Shown here piece after piece: positions 1 to 13,020 of a stretch of 64,000 bases of DNA (positions are counted from its first letter, which is position 1; each line of letters opens with the position of its first letter). The notes below the pieces were generated by a model, which saw only the letters and a list, made by a program, of their open reading frames with translations, searched no databases and was not told the DNA's origin. Both the position numbers and the translations under genes were made by a program. The stretch is from Octopus sinensis (Eukaryota): assembly GCF_006345805.1 (NCBI RefSeq), contig NC_042997.1, positions 109,554,001 to 109,618,000 of the forward strand, written 5' to 3'.

Positions 1-322
1 CGAAGAAATCGATCCCAGGACTTATTCTTTGTAAGCCTGGCACTTATATCATCGGTCTCTTCTGCCGAACGGCTAGGTTACGGGGACATAAACACACCGA
101 CATCGGCTGTCAAGCGATGGGGAGAGGGAAAAACAGACACAAAGACACACACATAAATATATACATATGCACATATATACGACGGGCTTCTTTCAGTTTC
201 TGTCTACCAAATCCACCCAGGCTACAGTAGAAGACACTTGCCCAAGGTACTACGCAGTGGGACTGAACCCGGAACCATGTGGTTGGGAAGCAAGTTTCTT
301 AAAACACAGCCACGCCTGCGCC
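1..322 (-). mobile_element. tRNA-derived SINE, family A (CORE-like), 3' end runs off the window
   Basis: Reverse complement gives head GGCGCAGGCGTGGCTGTG..GGTTCCGGGTTCAGTCCC, then CCTTGGGCAAGTGTCTTC, an internal microsatellite and tail ..CAAAGAATAAGTCCTGGGATCGAT. Same family as 13292-13710. Confidence 0.85.
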
Positions 323-433
323 TATTTTTTAGTTTCATTTCAAATTTTCGGAATTTAGATTTCTTAAAGTATTTAAAAGTGTGTAGGTTTATGTAAGAAT
401 GATATGGGCATAGGTCCTATATATGGACTCTGG

Positions 434-474
434 CAATGCCCCACAATGTCCCACAATGTCCCACAATGTCCCAC
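434..474. repeat. 10-bp tandem repeat (CCACAATGTC) x3 plus partial units
   Basis: Exact units at 441-450, 451-460 and 461-470. Confidence 0.9.
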
Positions 475-910
475 GCTGATGCAAACTTCAGTTTGCATCA
501 AAGATCTAAATGTCTACGGAATACTCAGTCATTTACAATATGACTCAATTACAAAGATGTACTGTGATCTAACAATTGGAATAGTCATCGTCGATAGCAA
601 CGGAGTCCCACTTCGCTAGTTACATGCAACAGTATGGATTGTTTGAACAAATGTAATTAATTTTCAGTGCAGATTAAATAACATTGGCGACAGAAAAAAA
701 AAAAAAAAAAAACTTTCAAATGTGTTTGAAATATTATTCTAACCTAAATTTACATATTTTTGAGAAAATCTTTTGTTTTCTGTTTTCATAAAATTTCACT
801 CAATTTCGTCTTCTGAAATATTTTGCTTTTATTTTCTTCATTTCATCCTCTTTATCCGTTAAAACACTTAATATTGTGTCAGCACACAATGAGTATAATC
901 ACACAGATAT

Positions 911-1390
911 ACATAGGTGAATATACGTATATATATATATGTGTGTGTGTGAGTGTGTGTAAATTGTTTAGTATATATATTCAACTAGGTCAGGTTATAT
1001 TTTTTAGAAAATATTCTTTCCTCATAAAAGTAGTTTGCCTTTTAATTGAATGTTTAAAGATTTGTTGGAGAGAAAAAAAAGACAAAAATACACGAAACAC
1101 AAAAAAACCCACTCCTTGATTTCAAAGATTAGGAAAAAGGAATGAAAAAATATTTGCTGAGAAATAAAAGGGGAATGTGTGATATATATATATATATATA
1201 TAGTGTGTGTGTGTGTGTGTGTTGTGTGTTGTGTGTGTGTGTGTGTGGTGTGTTCGCGTGTGTGCGTGTGTGAATTTATTTATGTGTATATACAAATATA
1301 TATAAACGCTCTTTTACATATGGATAAAAATACATTCATACATAGATATCTAAATGCAATAGGCACACATACACATACATACACACGCAC

Positions 1391-1421
<31 letters not shown>

Positions 1422-1932
1422 CATACATACATACATACATACATACATACATACATACATAGGTGCGTATATATATATATGTGTGTGTGTGAGTGTGTGT
1501 AAATTGTTTAGTATATATATTCAACTAGGTCAGGATATATTTTTAGAAAAAATATTCTTTCCTCATAAAAGTAGTTTGCCTTTTAATTGAATGTTTAAAG
1601 ATTTGTTGGAGAGAAAAAAAGAGACAAAAATACACGAAACACAAAAAAAACCCACTCCTTGATTTCAAAGATTAGGAAAAAGGAATGAAAAAATATTGCT
1701 GAGAAATAAAAGGGGAATGTGTGATATATATATATATATATATAGTGTGTGTGTGTGTGTGTGTTGTGTGTTGTGTGTGTGTGTGTGTGGTGTGTTCGCG
1801 TGTGTGCGTGTGTGAATTTATTTATGTGTATATACAAATATATATAAACGCTCTTTTACATATGGATAAAAATACATTCATACATAGATATCTAAATGCA
1901 ATAGGCACACATACACATACATACACACGCAC

Positions 1933-1963
<31 letters not shown>

Positions 1964-2282
1964 CATACATACATACATACATACATACATACATACATAC
2001 ATAGGTGCGTATATATATATATGTGTGTGTGTGAGTGTGTGTAAATTGTTTAGTATATATATTCAACTAGGTCAGGATATATTTTAGAAAAAATATTCTT
2101 TCCTCATAAAAGTAGTTTGCCTTTTAATTGAATGTTTAAAGATTTGTTGGAGAGAAAAAAAGAGACAAAAATACACGAAACACAAAAAAAACCCACTCCT
2201 TGATTTCAAAGATTAGGAAAAAGGAATGAAAAAATATTTGCTGAGAAATAAGGGGAATGTGTGATATATATATATATATATA

Positions 2283-2321
<39 letters not shown>

Positions 2322-2550
2322 CGCGTGTGTGCGTGTGTGAATTTATATTATGTGTATATACAAAATTATATATAAACGCTCTTTTACATATGGATAAAAA
2401 TACATTCATACATAGATATCTAAATGCACATAGGCACACATACACATACATACACACGCACTTACATACATACATACATACATACATAATACATACATAC
2501 ATACATACATACATACATACATACATACATAGGTGCGTATATATATATAT
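911..2550. repeat. About 542-bp tandem repeat, three copies plus the start of a fourth
   Basis: Block AAATTGTTTAGTATATATATTCAACTAGGTCAGG recurs near 961, 1501 and 2043. ORFs 1179..1502 and 1721..2044 are identical with an offset of 542. Confidence 0.92.
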
Positions 2551-2581
2551 ATATACATATATAGATATATATGCATATACA

Positions 2582-2639
<58 letters not shown>

Positions 2640-2677
2640 GAAGAAAATAGATATAGATAGATAGACAGACAGACTTG

Positions 2678-2733
<56 letters not shown>

Positions 2734-2854
2734 TAGATACATACATACATACATACTTACATACATACATACATACATACTTGGATATATAGACATTAAA
2801 AATGTATCCATAGACAAAGAGAATGGCAGACACATAATCAGACATATACAATAC

Positions 2855-2992
<138 letters not shown>

Positions 2993-3608
2993 ATATCTAT
3001 CTATATGTATATACGTGTGTGTATGAATGTATGCATGTATACATGTACGTATTATGTATGTGTATACGTGTGTATGTAAATATGTATGTATGCATGTTTG
3101 TATGTATGTATGTGTGTATGTGTATATGTGTGTATGTAAATATGTATGTATCCATGTATGTATGTATGCATGTACCTATTTGTGTATGTGTATACGTGTG
3201 TTTGTAAATATGCATGTATGTATGCATGTGTGGAACTTGACATTAATCTTCTTATTTACGTTTGCAAATATACATTTATACATATTTATATACTTATACG
3301 TTCGTGTCCGAGTGTTTGTGTGTGTGTGTGTGCAAGTGTGCGTCTGTGTCTGTGTGTGTGTGTGTAGGTAGAAAGATAAGTATATGCCCCTATGTTAGTA
3401 TGTGCGTGTGTAATTATGATTATAGTAGGAGTGGTATATATACATTTCTTAGCGTAATGATAACTATCCATCCATCCATACACAGGCAAATATATATATA
3501 TATATGTGTGTGTGTATATATATATGTAAGCATATTCAGTATATGTGTTATGTGTGTACGTCTTTGTCAGTTGCTTGTGTACATGTGCGTGTGTATGGAC
3601 ATGTGTGT

Positions 3609-3647
<39 letters not shown>

Positions 3648-4161
3648 GTGTCTCAAAGTTGTGAGAGCTCTTGCCCCTCGCCTATGATCTTGCCTTCTTT
3701 CATGAAAGGCAGCTGGTTTCAAACTGAAAACCTCTATCACAGACTCATATCTGTATATATACTTGAAGCATATACTACATGTACATGTGTGTATACGTGT
3801 ATCAATATGCGTCTCTCTCTCTCTTCTTCTCTTTCTCTCCCTCTCTTTCTCTTTCTCTCCCTCTCTTTCTCTTTCTCTCCCTCTCTTTCTCTCTCTCTCT
3901 GTACGCGTATGTATATATATATGTGTATGTGTATACATATATATATATATATGTACGTTGGTATGTATTTATGTATATATGTATGCATGCATGTATGCAT
4001 GTATATGCTTGTGTATGTGTATGTACTTCAATAGAACGATATATACAGAAATGTGTTTATATACACACACATGCATCAAACGACGAAAATATGTACATAC
4101 ATGTCTACACGTAGATATATGTGAGCAGTCATCATGCATTCAAACAGAAACACACACACAC

Positions 4162-4220
<59 letters not shown>

Positions 4221-4715
4221 ACACACACACACACACACGGACTCACACAAGACCACTAAATGTATACTCTCATATATTCTCCCTGAATTACGACTCACAA
4301 ACCGAAAGTAGAAAGAGTAGCACGCACGCATTAATGCATGCTAACGTGAACCCATCCACACACTCAGGCGCTTCAGCAAATACATGTTCCTAGTCTGTGA
4401 GAAATAATATCCTTTATAGTCGCAAATATAAACTAATATGGTTTCAGGTGCGTGTACGTGTGTACGTGTGTTTGCGTGAGTGTTGCGTGTGTATGTGGTG
4501 TTGCTGTTACATTTGACCTGGCGTGGATCAATAATAGGGGAAAATATCAAAGAAGATAATAATCCTGATCTAGCTTACAGCCAGGGCCGGCTCAAGGTAC
4601 CGGCAACTCAGGCAGTCGGCAGCAGTGCCATGTGCTAGGGGAGTGCCAAGGAAGGTCTGACAAAGACAAGGAAATTTTCGTGACCGTCAGCTTCTACACG
4701 TCTAAGTTCAGCTTG

Positions 4716-5090
4716 CCCGGGGCACCAACGACCCTACGGCTGGCTCTACTTACAGCCATGTGTGGGAAGAAAAGCATGGTGAAGCCTTTGAGTGGGAGAG
4801 CGACAAACATATAGCAGGACCTTTTCTAGTATTGCAACGAGAAGGGATGGCAAGCATAGTTATTGTCTGTCGAGATTAGCTAGAGAGGATATCCTTGTCC
4901 GGTGAGTATTGGAATAAGAGGTGAAGGAACATAATTAGCTACGCGACGGGAGAGAATCTTTTACTGGTTATGGAGTAAGAGAGATGAATGAAGGTAGGAA
5001 CCAAGAGGAGATGATGAGCAGGGATTTGATCACTTCTGCTGACCAGCCCATGGGGTGATGTTATGGTTCAGGGTCGAAACACCCGATGTT
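4716..5090 (+). pseudogene. Degenerate 3' fragment of a Hero-type non-LTR retrotransposon (restriction-like endonuclease domain)
   Basis: Frameshifted translation TTLR..LT..WEEKHGEAFE..QDLF*YCNEKGWQA*LLSVEIS*RGYP..SIGIRGE..FYWLWSKRDE matches the REL motif (TTLRPD..ELTVPWEE..KY..GW..EVGCRGF..WLW). It is followed by a GGGT..GAAACACCCGATG 3' UTR-like stretch. Confidence 0.65.
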
Positions 5091-5480
5091 CGATAGATAC
5101 CATCGCATTCCTTCCGATGGTCAGCTGCATAAAAATATAGAATTTAACTAAATTCGAAAGATTCATTTTTATACTTTTCTTATTGTCCAAAATCACAAAG
5201 AGTATAAGTAGATAGATGAAGAACATGTTTCATCAACAGCATCATAGTTGTAACCGATATTTTTTTCTGTGCGGCTGAAGATTGCTCCACATTTAAAAAA
5301 TTGAGGTAATATTTTCATTGTTCAATTAAATGGAGTCGCATGAAACGATCGTACTGCATTACCTCTGGATATCCTTGTTGCTTATTTTGATTATTATCAC
5401 CCCATTTTGAATTATATGGATAATACCATACTAAATTCTGGTGCCTTTAACTTAAGTACCTTATTCAACTGAACTTATAT

Positions 5481-5537
<57 letters not shown>

Positions 5538-5560
5538 ATATATGAATATACGCATATATA

Positions 5561-6842
5561 CAGGGTGCGGTGAATAAATTGTCGCCTAAATTACGCAAGA
5601 ATGAAAATAACTCTGACATCTCATTTTAATAGATATATTTACCGAGGTTACATAAAAATATCTTGAACTACTAAACAGTAAATTTATTCAATAAAATCGC
5701 CATTGTCTTCAACCAGGGCCTCCAGACGGCATCGGAATCTCCAGAAACTCTTCTGGACGGTCTCCTTGTTTAAGTTGGTAAATGCAGCCATAATCCTTGC
5801 CATCCTTTCATCTTTGGTGTTGCAAGGAGTTTTGTTGGTATCGCGCTCAACTGCGCCATACACATAATAACCAAGGGGGTTGCAGTCTGGGTAGTTAGGT
5901 GGTCAAATGTTAGAAGTGATGTGGTCGCAGAAATTGTTTGAAAGCCCAGATTGGGTTTTCCTGCTGGAGTGGAATGGTGCAGAGTCTTGTTGCCAGACCT
6001 AGTGATTCCCAGCAACCATCCTCTTGACCCAAGGAAGCACTACCCTCCTCCAGGCGCTTAATGTAGATCTTTGTATTGAGTCTGAGGCCGTGTGGGAAGA
6101 TGAATGGAGAGATAACTTCACCATCAGTAGCGATCACTCCAATCACCATGATATTGAATGGATATTTGATTTTTATCACTCGCGGTACATGTTTTGGGGG
6201 TATGGCAAGCCAACGGTTATTCTGTCTTTACCATCTGATCCTGCAAAGATTTTTCTTGTCTGAGAAAAGCCAAAGCATGTTCGGTTGGAGGAGATGCATG
6301 AGTTTCTTCAAAAGCTTCGAAGCGAGGTTTTTCCTCTTGTCGTTGAAGGCTTGGGATAAAAATTTACCCTTTTTCATCTTGTATGAGAATACTGAATGTC
6401 TTCATGCACTACCTGCCTGATAAGAAACTCAGACACTCCCATGTCCCTGACGATGGACCTGATTGACTTGGAGGAATTGTTGTCAATCATGGCCTGGATC
6501 TCATCAACAAATTCAGGAGTTCTTTTCTTGTCAGAACGAGCAGACTGAGTTTTCCGAGTCGCTGCACCTTCGTAATCAAAATTAAACTCATCCAACTCTA
6601 TCCGAATCCTCTAGACTGTCCTCAGGTTCACAACCAAACCTGAAAAGTTCGTATTGGACTACCGGCGCGAATGCCAAGCAGTACAGTATATCGTTGCCAA
6701 ATTAGAGAGAATTGCGTCATGATCCTGTTATTCTCACAAACGGTGCCCAACTATACATTATAGTTGACAAAATCAAAAACAAACCATGTGCATGCACGAA
6801 AGTGAGAATATAAAATGGCGACAATTTACCCATCGTACCTTG
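5561..6842 (-). mobile_element. Full-length Tc1/mariner DNA transposon, maT (DD37D) group, inactive
   Basis: 26-bp imperfect TIRs (CAGGGTGCGGTGAATAAATTGTCGCC versus CAAGGTACGATGGGTAAATTGTCGCC), TA on both sides, inserted in a (TA)n tract, length 1282 bp. Confidence 0.9.
5684..6720 (-). pseudogene. DD37D transposase pseudogene
   Basis: ATG at 6720, TAA at 5684-5686. HTH region RTPEFVDEIQAMIDNNSSKSIRSIVRDMGVSE, first D in LFSDKKN, second D in WQQDSAPFH. There are 37 residues to the third catalytic position, here I*PPNYPDCNPLG (W changed to TGA, D changed to G). Several frameshifts. Confidence 0.9.
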
Positions 6843-6984
6843 TATATATATATATATATATATAACACACACACAAGCACACACATATATACAAATATAT
6901 ATATACATATACACGCACAGATTTATAAATGTGTGTGTGTGTTTGTGTGTGTATGCATACATATATATAGAAAGATAGATAGAT

Positions 6985-7024
<40 letters not shown>

Positions 7025-7591
7025 GATAGATAGATATGCACTTAAGCAGACACTCATACAAGTAAACCAACGCACAACCCCACACGCACGCACACACCCA
7101 CACACGCATGCGCACACATACAGTCACGCCATCATAATAATTTATTTTATATTTCATTACAATCATTTTATATTTTAATTTCGTTTATTTTTTTATAAGA
7201 TATTTCATTTCATAAACTTCTTTCAATAACCCCCGCGTCCATCCCTCCCCCTTATATACACGTATACAGAAGCATGCATATTCACACATAGCCTCAGACA
7301 CACACATAGAAACACTAGCACACAAATCCACCGACCCACACACACGCACGCACACGCAAACACACACGCACAGCCGTTATTTCTGGGAGAAAATATGGCA
7401 AAAATATTGTAGCTGTTTTTTTATTTTATTCCAAATTTTTTAAAATGGTAAAACATTCCCGTTATACTAACATGTAAGCTGAAGGTTGATGGAGATAGTG
7501 GTGGTGGTGGTGGTCTCATGGGCGTGCACTTTGTTTTATATGCATATATATATATATCTGCGTTCGTGTATGGATGTGTACGCGTATATAT

Positions 7592-7637
<46 letters not shown>

Positions 7638-7693
7638 GTGTGTGTGTGTGGTGTGTGTGTGTGTATTATATATATATAGATAGATAGATAGAC

Positions 7694-7732
<39 letters not shown>

Positions 7733-7766
7733 AACTTACTTGGAAGAGGATGCGTGGGGTTTCGTC

Positions 7767-8166
7767 ATATAATAACAAAATAGTAAATAGAACATATGCA
7801 TATATACATACATATATGTACGTACCTAATCTATATATATATATACATGCATATATAGGTGCATGACACCAAAAAAAAAACGCCTTCGTTTTGCCTACTC
7901 CACGCTTCGAAACGCGGAGTAGATGAAACGGGGGCGGCTGAAGAAGGGGAATTTTCCTTGTGTCGTATGTCTTGTACAATGTTTTTTCGTTGTTAAAAAA
8001 AATGTCCGTTTCCACGGTTCTGTTTTTATGTTTTCGTTTCTCATTGTGTTTGACGTTTTTTTGGTGTCCTGCACCTATATATGCATGTATATATACATAT
8101 AGATGTAGGTATGTACATATATGTATGTATATATGCATATGTTTTATTTACTATTTCGTTATATAT
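7767..8166. mobile_element. Fold-back element with about 115-bp inverted arms
   Basis: 7767-7884 is the near-exact reverse complement of 8052-8166 (..AAATAGTAAATA(G/A)AACATATGC..ATAGGTGCA(T/G)GACACCAAAAAAACG). Confidence 0.75.
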
Positions 8167-8575
8167 ATATATATATATATAAAGAAATGAGATACTCTGA
8201 AATCTGGATGGCTTTATATTTACAGATATTTATTAGTATGTTACATGTTTTTATAAATCATATATCATATAATAGCGCTTTCGTCCACTCTAGTGGAGTT
8301 GTCAAATAGAACTTTCGTAGGAATTTTGACTCTTTTTATAGTATTATTGAGTGTGCAGGGGTGGGGAGAGATATAAGATAGTACAAGAGGGTGAGGAATG
8401 GGGAGAAAGTGAGAGAGAGCGTGTGTGTGTGTGTGTATGTGTGCATGTGTGTGTGTGTGTGTTTGTATCTGAAAGATATTAAAGAAAACGAGAAGGAAAG
8501 GAAGAAGGAAAGAAAGAAGGAATAATTTGTTGATATCTTTGCAGCTGGTCAGTCTTTCAATAATAAGCGATTCTC

Positions 8576-8865
8576 GGCTTTTAGCAATGGCAAATCCAGG
8601 TGGTCACTCCAAGGGGAAAAAATATCACTTTTCAAAAAATTGTCTGGATTTCCTTTTTATCATTGTCTTGTGAGAGAGTGTGTGTGTATGTGCGCGCGTG
8701 TGTGGGGGGGGGTGTCTGTGTAGCTGAAAGGAGTGTCAAATGAGAAAGGAGTATGAAAGGAAGGAGGAGGAGAGAATGAAGAAAAAATGTGTTTACATTT
8801 TGCAAAAAAATGTGACATTTTGCTCCCCTTAGAGTGACCAGCTGGATTTGCCATTGCTAAAAGCC
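8576..8865. mobile_element. MITE-like element with about 55-60 bp TIRs
   Basis: GGCTTTTAGCAATGGCAAATCCAGGTGGTCACTCCAAGGGG at the left end; its reverse complement with few mismatches ends at 8865. No clear TSD. Confidence 0.7.
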
Positions 8866-9584
8866 AACAGTAAAAAAAGTGCGGACGACCTAACTGTAGT
8901 ATGTGTGTCGACCTAATTGAAGGATCGGAATTCTCCTTCAAACAGGTCGACATTTTAGGGTGAAAAACAACTTCACATGTCCTTCGGAAAACCTAATACA
9001 AAATACGTTTTACTAGAAGGCTGGTCTATTTCACTTTGCCTTTGATAAAATTTTCCAAAATCCCTTCAAGAGACATCAGCGTAGCTTTTCATTTCATATG
9101 CCTTCTGTAATGTCATCAATCACTCTAATTATTCTTTTTCATAAATTTCAAAAGAAAAACTGGAGAGAAATTCCCTATTCTTGTAGATAATATTTCCTTT
9201 TTACAACCCCAACTATTTCTACGGCTTTAAATTCACAGCAACTTTCCAACATGAGAAAATATAATTTCCTCTTGATTTCTAATGAAATGTCCAGAAACAC
9301 TGGACAGTTACGGTAATGATTTTTTCCGTAGGTTAAGTGTGAATGTCAGAAGAGAGGCAAGGCACTGCGCTTTACCATAACCGGGATTCCGTGTTCAAGA
9401 ACAGTAAATACTAATTATACAATTTCATTGAAATGCTTTGAGTTGGGACGGCTTAAATAAACTGTGTATGGATGCGCGCGTGTGTGTGTGAATACGTGTG
9501 TGTGTGTGTGTGTGTGTATTAAATAAAATGACACAAAAAAGTCAAGGCTGTGTGGAATTTTCAGGACATTTATAAAGAGAAAGT

Positions 9585-9640
9585 TAGTCTTACATCTGCT
9601 CTTGAGATATTAGGGATATCCCTTCATCAGAGGGAAACGT
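9585..9640 (-). ncRNA. Decayed type I hammerhead ribozyme relic
   Basis: Minus strand reads CUGAUGA-A, then stem II GGGAUAU/AUAUCUC (7 bp), then AAGAGCAGAUGUA, a mutated form of GAAACAGCUGUA. Confidence 0.4.
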
Positions 9641-10052
9641 AGAGTTCAATATAGGGACATATTTTGGAAAAGGATGGAAATATGGAATATAGAGGGAAAT
9701 AGGAAAATGAAAGTAGAAATATATATATATATATATATATATATTAATATTATATATATACAACAACACATACATACATACATACATCCATACATACATA
9801 CATACATACATAATACATACATACATACATACATACTCATACATATATACATACATACATAGACAAACACATACATTTCGTGTTATGCTAAGAAGTGGTG
9901 CACGATATTTTGCAATGTTTTAACTGAGGAAGATCTTACGTGACGGATGATTGCTTTTCTTCTTATATATTGTATAAACCTGAAACGTGCGTATTAAATG
10001 ATTTCAAAATATCACTGTTTGGTTTGACTTCATTATTACAATTATATGCGTT

Positions 10053-10119
<67 letters not shown>

Positions 10120-10819
10120 TGTGTGAGTGTGTGTGTAAAAAGAAGAACTGGTACTTATGTTTACATGAAAACCTGAAAACACACAGACACACACACATAC
10201 AGACACACACACATACAGACACACACACATATATACAGAGTGAGAGAGAAGAGAGACAGACAGTCAGGTAACAAAATTTGTTGCATAACTAATGAACATT
10301 TACAGCCAACTTGTATTAATATTTTCTGCACCGTTCTGAGAGAAATCCATATTTTTTTTTTCAAAATACATCAACACGAGACAACAAATACTAAATCGAA
10401 GAAGACACCAAGTGATCCGAGCCCCTCATCGCCTATTTAGGTACCCAGTTTATAAATCATTCACTATTCGTAGGCTGCCAATACATTTATATAAGGCATC
10501 GACGCACAGACTTTGTATATTTCCTCCCCTCCCCCTTCCCTATAAGCAAACCCTCGCTCTCTGACTATAAGACGCAGCTCTGTCGATGTTGATAGCTTCT
10601 AGCTGCCTTGCGGTGTTTCGTCGTGCATATTCTGCAGCTGTACGGCTTCGTAGCTTCAACAACAGACAGGAAATTGATTTTCTACCCCATTAAAGCTTTG
10701 TTTCATCGTCAATTTCATCCGAGTTCATTTCTCATCCTATTATTTCTCTTTAGTCTGCTCTACTTTAAATATCCTTTTCTATTGCCTCGAGATTATTGAA
10801 AGCGATTCTCTCTCTATCT

Positions 10820-10872
<53 letters not shown>

Positions 10873-10951
10873 TTTATGCATTAGTGTGTGACTGCGTGTA
10901 TATGTATGTATATATATATTTATGTGTGTGTGTATATATATATAACTCACC

Positions 10952-10982
<31 letters not shown>

Positions 10983-11630
10983 TATAATATATAATATATA
11001 TAATTAAATATATATATATACACGTATAAATATATTCATACACACACACATATAAAATTATATATATGTAATATAAATATATTATATATATGCATATGTG
11101 TAGACATACATATGTATATTATATATATACATTATATATATGATATTTATATAAAATATATATATATAATATACATATATATATACTATATATATCGTAT
11201 GTATATATATAATATACATATATATGTATATATACATATATATACACATGCCACAGTCTTTCGTTATATATGTAAATATTTACATATACATACACACACT
11301 CTCACACATACACACATACACAAGCAGAGAAGGAGAGAGAAAGAAAGAAGAAAAAGGAGTGAGAGCGTTATAGAGTTTGCAGCGTACGTTCAGATTTACT
11401 GATTGGTATATACACTTGAATATAAACACAAAAGTGTTACAAAGTTCTCTACACACGGTTTCATTGTGTGTGTGTGTGGTGTGTGTGTTTGTATGTGTAT
11501 GTGTGTGTCTGTCTGTGCGTGTCTGTGCGCGTGTATGCAAGGAACGAGAGTGAATTACAGAGAATTTCACATATATAAAGATTTGCTGGTTGATACTTTT
11601 AAACATTGGTAAACAAGAAAGAATGACCTG

Positions 11631-11684
<54 letters not shown>

Positions 11685-12454
11685 CATATATATACGTGTG
11701 AATACGTGCGTATGTAAGTGTATACGTATATATTAAAGAAGGAAAGAGAAACATTAAGAAATACACACACACATATATATATATCCATTCATATATATCT
11801 TATCTATCCATTCATTTATACATGATTATATAGTCATATATTTATATATACATACACCCGCACACAAATAATTATATTCAAACGCGCCCATATATACATC
11901 CACATATATACACATGGCTATATAAGCGTTATGGCTAAATAAAGTGGTTGTGTATTGTTATGCTGTGTGGCCTATATAATATATATATATATGCCTGAGT
12001 ATCTCGACGCTACTTGAGTATAATTCGTAGCTAACGATGCTTATCATTTGCATCGTTTAGTGTTTTCATAAGGTTAATAGAATCTTCTTGAATACTATAA
12101 CCGCATAGCTTCTGAAGAAGATCATCGAGGAAGAGGCGGGTGGGTGGTAGCAGCCATAGTCGGAACTAATTGAAAATTGTTAATGGCAAATTGTAAATAT
12201 CTAATGTTGAATAACGAATTTGTCGAAGACCGAGTGGAGTGAGTACCTTACTGCTGACCATCGTTCAACGAACCAGAATTTCCACCGACTAAAAATATTT
12301 CTTACTCAAAGACAAAGTACCCGAATTATGGCTTTGGGTACAAGAATTACGTAAACTTAAAGACATAGACACACAGACGAAACACGTAGGATTACAGTCA
12401 AACGAACACAGAGACACACAAATACACGAACACACAGACACACAGATGCAATCA

Positions 12455-12626
12455 CAATGGAATGGTCAAAGAAGGAAAGCTTGTGCCAGTGACCATTTTC
12501 AGTGCATCTCTGACGGTTGGTTGAAGTAAGAGGTAGACATTCTCAGATCTGTGACCTGATTCCAATGCTTGCAACATACCATATTCTGTTAAAGGCACCC
12601 AAATACCAGGTAGTGGTGCTAAACGG
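12455..12626 (+). repeat. 172-bp repeat, inverted partner of 14128-14299
   Basis: CAATGG(A/G)ATGGTCAAAGAAGGAAAGCTTGTGCC..GGTGCTAAACGG is present in opposite orientation at 14128-14299 with high identity. Confidence 0.85.
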
Positions 12627-12659
12627 TGCCAAACACTCGGTGACTTACGAGGTCTATGT

Positions 12660-13020
12660 ACAGAAGGTGAACATCGCAATATCAGTTTCTGGGGTCCACT
12701 TTGCCTTTCATCCTTTTGGGTCGATAAAATAAGTACCAGTTAAACACTTGGGCCGATGTAATCAATTTGCACCCAACCCAGAAATTGTGCCAAAATCTTA
12801 AATCAATATTTTATTATTATAAGGCAGCGGGCTGCCAGAATCGGTAGCGCGCCAGGCAAAATGCGTCGCAGAATTTTGTCCGTCTTTAGTTTTTGAGGGC
12901 AACTTTTCCTTTCATCCTTTCTGGGTCGATAAGACAAGTACCAGTAATACACTGGGGTCAATTCAATCGGTTTACCCTCTTCCTCAAAGTTGCTGGCCTT
13001 GTATCAAAATTTGAGACCAA
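12660..13020 (+). mobile_element. Two degenerate SINE family B copies
   Basis: Family motif CCTTTCATCCTTT(C/T)(G/T)GGGTCGATAA..AAGTACCAG near 12705 and 12910; head AAGGCAGCGGGCTGCCAGAA near 12820. Confidence 0.7.

Noticed and set aside
12455-12520. GMVKEGKLVPV, reminiscent of nucleoside monophosphate kinases
   Set aside because: The frame stops within about 15 codons in both copies, there are no splice signals, and the match is too short.
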